A stretch of DNA of 64,000 bases, taken from contig OX597821.1 in NCBI GenBank assembly GCA_951406725.2, forward strand, positions 107,322,001 to 107,386,000, in the 5' to 3' direction. Both the position numbers and the translations under genes were made by a program. Position 1 is the first letter of the stretch. Every line of letters begins with the position of its first letter. Below, in pieces: positions 54,930-64,000 of the stretch. This DNA comes from Octopus vulgaris. Lineage: Eukaryota. The notes beneath the pieces were generated by a model that worked only from the letters and a program-made list of their open reading frames with translations, was not told where the DNA came from and made no database searches.

Positions 54930-55410
54930 TTATTATTTATTGTTCGACCCCTAAACGATGAAAGGCAAATTTGATCTCGCTAGCATGTGAAGGCAGAAGA
55001 TAAAGGGCCAGAAGATATACCGCTAAGAATTTTGCCCAACGTGGTAATGATTCTGCCAACTCACCACCTTGATGATGATGATGATGATGATGACGATGAC
55101 GACGATGAACACAGCACGTAAGGACGGACGAAACGCCGCTAAGCATTCTGTCCGGGGTGCTAACGATTCTGTCTGCTCGCCGCCTTTCTCTACTATAAAA
55201 TAATCCTAACCCTTTCTACAATACGCACAAGGCCTGAAACTTTGGGGGAGGGGACTATTTGATTACATCGACCCCAGCGTTTCACTGATATTTAATTTAT
55301 CGATCCCGAAAAGAAGATGAAAGGCAACGGCGGAATTTGAACCCAAAACCTAAAGACAAGCATTACGCCGGTAAGCATTTTGCCCGGCACGCTAACGATT
55401 CCGCCCTCCT
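54930..55410 (-). mobile_element. Diverged SINE family B fragments
   Basis: Family B core and head homology; other copies at 1488-1700 (+), 7770-7975 (-) and 26717-26915 (+). Confidence 0.7.
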
Positions 55411-55867
55411 CTATTGCAAAAATAATAATATCACTACAATACTATCGCCTATACACTAAGACTACACTAGTATTAACAGTCATAAACGCAACAAGGACAC
55501 CGTAAGTTTATTATTATTATTATTACTGAGCTAGAGCAGTGCATGCCATCAAAGTGATACTGGGGTAAAATATACGAAGCCCATTATACCCACTATAACT
55601 ACCCGTCTGATAATGGTACACTACGCACATGCATCACAACCATATGTGCGCGACATGGTGATCTCATATCAAGATAAACAGCGCATGACCTTGCAGGTGG
55701 GCCCCAGTTAGAATTTTCTTCTGGTCGAGTAGCCCATCCTGCTCAAAAGATCCCAGAATAAGGATTGTTTAAGGATGTTGAACGCACCACCCATGTTTCC
55801 AAACGTGAATTATCCAAACCCCAAAATATTCCTCTCAACACATGGCTAATTATTATTATTGAGATTG

Positions 55868-56191
55868 AGACCCCCTTCAGTCATGACTGACCGTGGTCTT
55901 GCACCTAGAAAGTTACCCTCCCAGGCACAAGTCTGGGCAAGGTTGTTTATGGAAGACCAGCAGTCGCCCACGCATACCGGCCTCCCCTCTCCACACCACT
56001 GATGTTATCCAAGGAAAAGGCAAAGGGGCCGAAACAGCTTGGCACTTGTGACGTCGCAACATATTTCTACAGCTGAGTGAACTGGAGCAACGTGAAATAA
56101 AGTGTCTTGCTCAAGAACACAACACGCAGCTCGGTCCGGGATTCGAACTCACAACCTCACGATCGTAAACTCGGCGCTCTAACCACTGAGC

Positions 56192-56192
<1 letters not shown>
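55868..56192 (-). mobile_element. SINE family D-related element with a different tail; second copy at 59305-59555
   Basis: The two copies align over ~240 bp (GACCCCCTTC..AAATAAAGTG). Confidence 0.78.
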
Positions 56193-56234
<42 letters not shown>

Positions 56235-57029
56235 GCTTGTCCACAAACATCAACTTCGTTATATTCTATAAATAATAGTGACATGACCCTCGTGTTATAC
56301 ACTGCCGTCTTATAATTAGCGCACATACCGAATAATATATTCCTAGATATATTGTGACAGATTGAAACGTAACGGTTCTTGGCACTATAATATCTAATAG
56401 TTATTGTTACTACAGAGACAATGCGTGAAGGATTTCTCTTGTAGTGGAAGGCTTTGATGAGCTCCAGTACAAAACAACAACAACAACGGTACCTGCAGCA
56501 GCAGCGACAGCATTCACAAGAAGAATAATAACGGCAGCTGCACCTTAAAGGCATTTCGGTATAGGTCGGTGCAACTTCGGAGTTGACTAAGAACTTAACA
56601 ACAGCATCGAGAACAACAATAGCAACGAGAAGTTTGTTGAAATTATCAATAACAAAACTGTAATCACTATAAAAGCAAGATAAATTGTAAATAGAGACGA
56701 CAGCAATAGGACCACGTGGTCTCGCGAATTGCTATCAAGAAATATCAGCTAAGTCTCCCTCAGCTCATACTCCGTGTGTCTTTGGAAGAAGGAAAAAGTA
56801 AAAGAACGGAAGGAAAAAGACAGACTGCATAAAAATAATCCTACACACACACACACACACGCACGCATATGTGAGTTACAAATATTGTTGTTTGTGGAGA
56901 CATATTTTTGTAGAAAAAGGAAATAGTAGTCCTTTGGCTGCTATTTCTAAACTTCTTCGGTATGTGGTCAAGCAACTTGTTGCTAAACCCTTATTGTTAT
57001 ATACATACATATATATACCTATATATGGA

Positions 57030-57385
57030 TGGAAGCACTCCGTCGGTTACGACGATGAGGGTTCCGGTTGATCCGACCAACGGAACAGCCTGCTCGTGAA
57101 ATTAACGTGTAAGTGGCTGAGCACTCCACAGACACGTGTACCCTTAACGTAGTTCTCGGGGATATTCAGCGTGAAACATGTACAACAGAAGCGGGAAGAA
57201 GAAAGAGTGAGAGAAAGTTGTGGTGAAAGAGCACAGCAGGGATCACCACCATCCCCTGCCGGAGCCTCGTGGAGCTTTTAGGTGTTTTCGCTCAATAAAC
57301 ACTCACAACGCTCGGTCTGGGAATCGAAACCGCGATCCTACGACCGCGAGTCCGCTGCCCTAACCACTGGGCCATTGCGCCTCAC
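57030..57385 (-). mobile_element. tRNA-derived SINE family C
   Basis: Head GAGGCGCAATGGCCCAGTGGTTAGGG..GGTTTCGATTCCC; related copies at 38298-38588, 59835-60200 and 63342-63525. Confidence 0.82.
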
Positions 57386-57386
57386 C

Positions 57387-57427
<41 letters not shown>

Positions 57428-57790
57428 TCGAAAATTAAACAGAATGATCGTGGCTGGAATGGCTTTAATTGTGGATCTGCTCATTCGGAGCTCGACAATA
57501 ACAACAACAACAACAACAACAACAACGACAATTATGCAATTATAGTGGAATGATATGAATGGCAATAAAGGCTGAGAAGTTGTGAATGTAATTCAAACGA
57601 AGAAATAAAATCGCGCGGCAAGATCGGCAAGCAACACCAACAGCAGCAGCAGCAGTCGCAGTAACAGCTAAAATCTACAACAACAACAGCAGCAGCAGCA
57701 GGAGCTGCAATGACATAAATTACTGAAACTAATTGAACAATTAACACATAGAATTTTAAATATCACAATTCATATCTATCTATCTATCTC

Positions 57791-57853
<63 letters not shown>

Positions 57854-57915
57854 CTATATATATCTCTATATATATATATATATATACATATGCACATGTA
57901 AACACGCACGCACAC

Positions 57916-57982
<67 letters not shown>

Positions 57983-58929
57983 TATTGTGAAGCCGACAAC
58001 GCGGTTGAGCTTATTGTTAAACAGTGGCTAGTTTTGTTAAGAGTTGCAGTCGACGAGTCTGTTAAATCACATTCTTCATTACTTTAGGAAAGAAAAGGCG
58101 AACTTTTTGGATGATGATATAGTCGTAAAGAAAGTATACGGGAGGAAATAATGCCAATGGAATGGTCACGGATGGGATGCATTTGAATATATAAGTGTTT
58201 TCGGTCAGAGTTTGCGTCTTGCTTATGAAAACAATATCGGATTAACTGAGCAAAGTTAACTGAAAAAAAAAAAGAAAAAAGAAAAAATCGATTGAGTTGT
58301 CACGGTTGGAATACTTTGAATACAAAACTGTTTAATCAGAGAACATCTCTGGCGTTGTTATGAAAACATTAATGGATATACTAAGCAAGTGTAAAAAGAA
58401 AAATTCCCAAAATGCGATGGAGATTAAAGAATGATGATAATACTTGCTAAATTTATGTAGAAAGTGTGTGGAAAAGGCATGAATGGCGAAATATCCCAGT
58501 AGTTTATTCGTCCAGTTTTATTCTATTTTATTAAAAGATGCATTTTACGATGTTTACGTATAAGTCTTACAACCTAACAAAGGTCTGATATACCAAGAAA
58601 ATATAATAGGAGGTGGAAGGTGTAATGTTCTTCGTTTTTAACAACTGTTCTTGTGTAACTTTAGAAGATAAAGGACGAGAAATAGATTAATGTAAACTAT
58701 TTGTGAAAGAAAAAGTAAACGAAATTTACATTAGCAAGAACGAACGTGAAGAGACTAAGGAAGGAGAAAAGAAAGGAAGGAAGGAAGGCACAAGGAGGAA
58801 GAAGGATAGAAAGAGTGAAAAAAAAAATGAGGTTTCTGGAGGAATGTACCCGGGTGGATATGACTCTCAAGTATGTAACGAGAGAAAGGTAAACAGATTT
58901 TTATTGTAAAGTTGAAATATATGAATGCA

Positions 58930-58976
<47 letters not shown>

Positions 58977-59220
58977 CACAAGGTGTACTTATTAGAGGTC
59001 CTATCATAAAAACTGCAGTATTCGGCTCTCTATATAATATTATATTATATTTTATTATACATACACACACACACACACATATATATAATCAGCCGAAATT
59101 ACTACGATGATCCGGTTCTTGACTGAAGACTGAGGGTTTCGAATGTCCTGTCCGTGTTTATTGTATCGTCTTCTAAGAGTTATACGTTCTTGTCCATGTT
59201 GTATTTTTCTACATACCTTA

Positions 59221-59302
<82 letters not shown>

Positions 59303-59564
59303 AAAGGGTAAAGACCCCCTTCGGTCATGAATGACCATGGGATTGCACCTAGAAAGTTATCCTCCTAGACACAAGTCCGGGCAAGGTTGTTTATGGAAGA
59401 CCAGCAGTCGCCCATGCATACCAGCCTCCCCTCTCCACGCCACCAGTGTTATCCAAGGGAAAGACAAAGGTCGATACAGCTTGGCACCAGTGACGTCGCA
59501 ACTCATTTCTACAGCTGAGTGAACTGGAGCAACGTGAAATAAAGTGCCTTGCTCACACACACAC

Positions 59565-59595
<31 letters not shown>

Positions 59596-59635
59596 CATAT
59601 ACATATATGTATGTATGCACATATGCATATGTATA

Positions 59636-59705
<70 letters not shown>

Positions 59706-59834
59706 TGTATGTATATACACGCACACACATATATATATATATACTAGTGAATGTTAACGAAGTTGATTTCTCGACTGTCTAAAAATATTGGGTAAATACT
59801 TCTGTGACTGCTTTCTAGTTACACAAGTTAGTAA

Positions 59835-60200
59835 TATGGTCCATTGGTTCGGGCGGCGGACTCGCGATCGTGGGAATGCGGTTTCGATTCCCAGACTGGG
59901 CGTTGTTAGAGTTTCTTGAGTGAAAACACTTAAAGCTCTACGGGGCTCCGGCAGAGGGTGGGTGGAGAACCCTGCTGTACTCTTTCCCCACAACTTTCTC
60001 TGTTGTCGTTTCTGTTGTACCTGTATCTCAAAGGGCCAGCCTTGTTACACTCTGTGTCAAGATGAATCTCCTTGAGGACTACGTTAAGGGCACACGTGTC
60101 TGTGGAGTGCTCAACCACTTGCACGTTAATTTCACGAGCAGGCTATTCCGTTGATCGGATCAACTGGAACCCTCGTCGTCGTAACCGACGGAGTGCTACG
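59835..60200 (+). mobile_element. SINE family C
   Basis: Head plus GGAACCCTCGTCGTCGTAACCGACGGAGTGC tail. Confidence 0.8.
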
Positions 60201-60268
60201 ATGACGACGAGTTATAGAAACAGGTGGAACATATTGCTTAAGGGGGTCGCACGCGTACACACAAACAA

Positions 60269-60269
<1 letters not shown>

Positions 60270-60299
<30 letters not shown>

Positions 60300-60772
60300 T
60301 GTATGTATGTATGTATGTATGTATGTATGTATGTATGTATGTATGTATGTATGTATGTATGTATGTATGTATGTATGTATGTATGTATGTATGTATGTAT
60401 GTATGTATGTATGTATGTACGTACGTACGTACGTACGTACGTATGTATGTATGTACGTACGTACGTATGTATGTATGTATGTATGTATGTATGTATGTAT
60501 GTATCCACACATGCAGAGACGCAGACACACAGACAGATAGGTACACGAACAAATATACACATGTGTTATATATATATATATAATATATATATATATGCGT
60601 GTGTGTGTACATGAAATTTACATAATATTATATATATGTCTGCATATATCCACACATGTACACACACACACAAACACATACTCACAGATATTGAGAGAGG
60701 TGTGCAGATGCACAGATAGATACACAAACAAATATACATTTATGCGTGTGTTTGTCTGTACATTTGTGCATG

Positions 60773-60808
<36 letters not shown>

Positions 60809-61170
60809 CGTATGTGTGTGTGTGTGTGTGTGTGAGTGTACATAATATTAGTTCACGTAACTGGGTGTAGTGTTGTTTATTTTATGTATTGTGGGGAAAG
60901 TGACAATATGACCTAATCGCTAACTGCCTTGAAAATGCTCATCTCTGTAAAATTTTAGTTCACTAAAAGCAAAAGTGTGATGTACAGCATGTAACACATG
61001 CATGCATACATATATACATACATACATATATACATACATACATATATACATACATACATATATACATACATACATACATACATACATACACACATACATA
61101 CATACATACATACACACATATATACATACATACATACACACATATATACATACATACATACACACATACG

Positions 61171-61202
<32 letters not shown>

Positions 61203-61868
61203 CATATACACACATATAAGCATCCATACATACATACATACATACATACATAAATACATACACACACATACATACATACATACATGCATGCATACATACA
61301 TACATACATACATACATACACACATACATACATACATACATACATACATACACACATACATACATACACACATACATACATACATATATACATACATACA
61401 CACATATATACATACATACATACACATACATACATACATGCATACATACATACGTACATACATACATACATACATACGTACATACACACATATATACATA
61501 CATACATACACACATACATACATACACACATACATACATACATACACACATATATACATACACACATACATACATACACACATACGTACATACATACATA
61601 CATACATACATACATACATACATACACACATATAAGCATCCATACATACATACATAAATACATACACACACATACATACATACATACATACATACACACA
61701 TACATACACACATACATACATACATACATACACACATATATACATACATACATACATACATACATACATACATACATACATACATACATACATACATACA
61801 TACATACATACATACATACATACATACATACATACGTACATACATACATACATACATACATACATACA

Positions 61869-61902
<34 letters not shown>

Positions 61903-62216
61903 CATACATACATACACACATATATACATACATACATACATACATACACACATACATACATACATACATACATACATACATACATACACACATATATACA
62001 TACATACATACATACATACATACATACATACATACATACATACATACATACATACATACATACATACATACATACATACATACATACATACATACATACA
62101 TACATACATACATACATACATACATACATACATACATGCACACATATATACATACATACATACACACATATATACATACATACATACATACATACATACA
62201 CACATATATACATACA

Positions 62217-62250
<34 letters not shown>

Positions 62251-62272
62251 CATACATACATACACACATACA

Positions 62273-62306
<34 letters not shown>

Positions 62307-62622
62307 CATACATACATACACACATATATACATACATACATACATACATACATACATACATACACACATACATACATACATACACACATATATACATACA
62401 TACATACACACATACATACATACATACATACATACATACATACATACATACATACATACACACATATATACATACATACATACACACATATATACATACA
62501 TACATACATACATACATACATACATACATACATACATGCATCCATCCATCCATCCATATACATACATACATACATACGTACTTACATACATGCATACATA
62601 CATACATACATACATACATACA

Positions 62623-62652
<30 letters not shown>
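60270..62652. repeat. (TATG)n at 60270-60503 and a 1.65-kb (TACA)n tract at 61000-62652
   Basis: Direct reading. Confidence 0.97.
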
Positions 62653-62654
<2 letters not shown>

Positions 62655-62738
62655 AACAAACATACACGTTCATACATAGAAACATACCTGGTAAACTGGT
62701 CCGTACATAAGAATTGCTGGTAGGGACAAAGCATTTAG

Positions 62739-62970
62739 CGGAGGCGCGTGGCTTAGTCGTTAGCGTGTTGGACTCTCATTGTAAGATTGTGGTTTCGATT
62801 CCTGTACCGGGTGTTGCGTTGTGCTCTGTGAACAAAACACTTCATTTCACGTTGTTCCAGTTCACTCAGCTGGCAAAAGTGAGTAATCCTGCGATGGATC
62901 TGCGTCCCATCCAGGTGGAGCATATATACACCATAGAAACCGCGAAACTGGCCTTTATGAGTGGACATGA
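62739..62970 (+). mobile_element. SINE family D
   Basis: Aligns with 17011-17255. Confidence 0.8.
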
Positions 62971-64000
62971 CTAGAAAAGAAAACCTTCTTTTGGTTTTGT
63001 TTTTCGAGCGTATTTCGTTTTGCAGGCATAGTGTAGTACCGAGTGTACTAAACGTAGATAAGTCAGTTGTACTCTGACCTGCTTTGTATTGATTTAAAAA
63101 TCTTTAGTATACCTGAAAGTATATTTTAGTTGCAATAGAAAATACAGAGACCCTAGCAGCAGTTAATATGTGCGTACCAGTTTGATATATAAAATCGGTC
63201 GACCCACAAGTGTTACACCGTTAAATTTAGTGAGTATTTAAGCAATCTGTTCGTGAACGGTTAATGCATTAGATGTAGCACTGAAGAAGGAGCAAGAACT
63301 CCTAAAATCTGCATATACACACATCACCTATTTTTCTATCGTGGAGGCACAATGGCCCAGTGGTTAGGGCAGCGGACACGCGATCGTGGGATCGCACTTT
63401 CGATTCCCAGATCGGGCATTGTGAGTGTTTATTGAGCGAAAATACCTAAATTAATTTCGCGAGCAGGTTGTTCTGTTGATCGGATTAACTGTAACCCTCG
63501 TCGTCGTAAAGGACGGAGCGCCACGACAAGTTTTCTATCTTCAATCGCATAGTTATATAGACGTATTCCTATACGAGACATCGTAGCTTTCAGTGGTGAC
63601 TCTAAAGTCTATAGAAAATCTGTAAAGATACACTTAAAAAATATAAAAGGTTGGCCAAATGTTACTTGATAGTAAATCAAAATCATTTAATTTCAAGATT
63701 TATTAATGTTTAACAACGGAATGAATTTAATAAAAGCATCTATATATGAAACATGAAAATTGTTCAAACTGAAGTCCTTGAGCGACACATTTTTTCATTC
63801 GAGTCAATACAGATTTACAGATGGTTTTTATGGAATTTTGATTTACTGTCGGGTGACTTTTGGCTAACCCTGTATATACATACATGGATCTTCGTCGGTT
63901 TCGACGAAGAGGACTTAGTTGTTCAATCGATTGAATAATCTGCTCACTGAATTAACCGGTAAATGACTCAGCATTCGTGTCGTCTGAAGGCAACTGAACA

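Noticed and set aside
60920-62723. ORFs of 479-576 aa (MYVC/HTYI repeats)
   Set aside because: Translations of the (TACA)n microsatellite.

Overview
Repeat-saturated, AT-rich eukaryotic non-coding DNA; the tRNA-headed SINE families and microsatellite load suggest an octopus/coleoid cephalopod genome (inference). I found no intact host protein-coding gene, and nearly all ORFs in the track are microsatellite translations. Coding remnants are a 5'-truncated, frameshifted Penelope-like retroelement (RT + GIY-YIG, 2460-4042), an internally deleted R4/Dong-type non-LTR element between (TAA)n tracts (51316-52880) with a second 3' fragment, and a Gypsy integrase/PPT/LTR relic. DNA elements include three copies of a GGATC-terminated MITE with 8-bp TSDs and internal TTAGGG repeats, mariner-type MITEs and non-autonomous Helitrons. 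The main observation is about 15 type I hammerhead-ribozyme-like motifs of several unrelated sequence families. They lie in short non-coding units that mostly abut (TA)n tracts and often form long fold-back palindromes, which suggests a diverse Penelope-mobilised ribozyme mini-element (pLTR/retrozyme-like) system. All coordinates were read by eye, and repeat boundaries are approximate.
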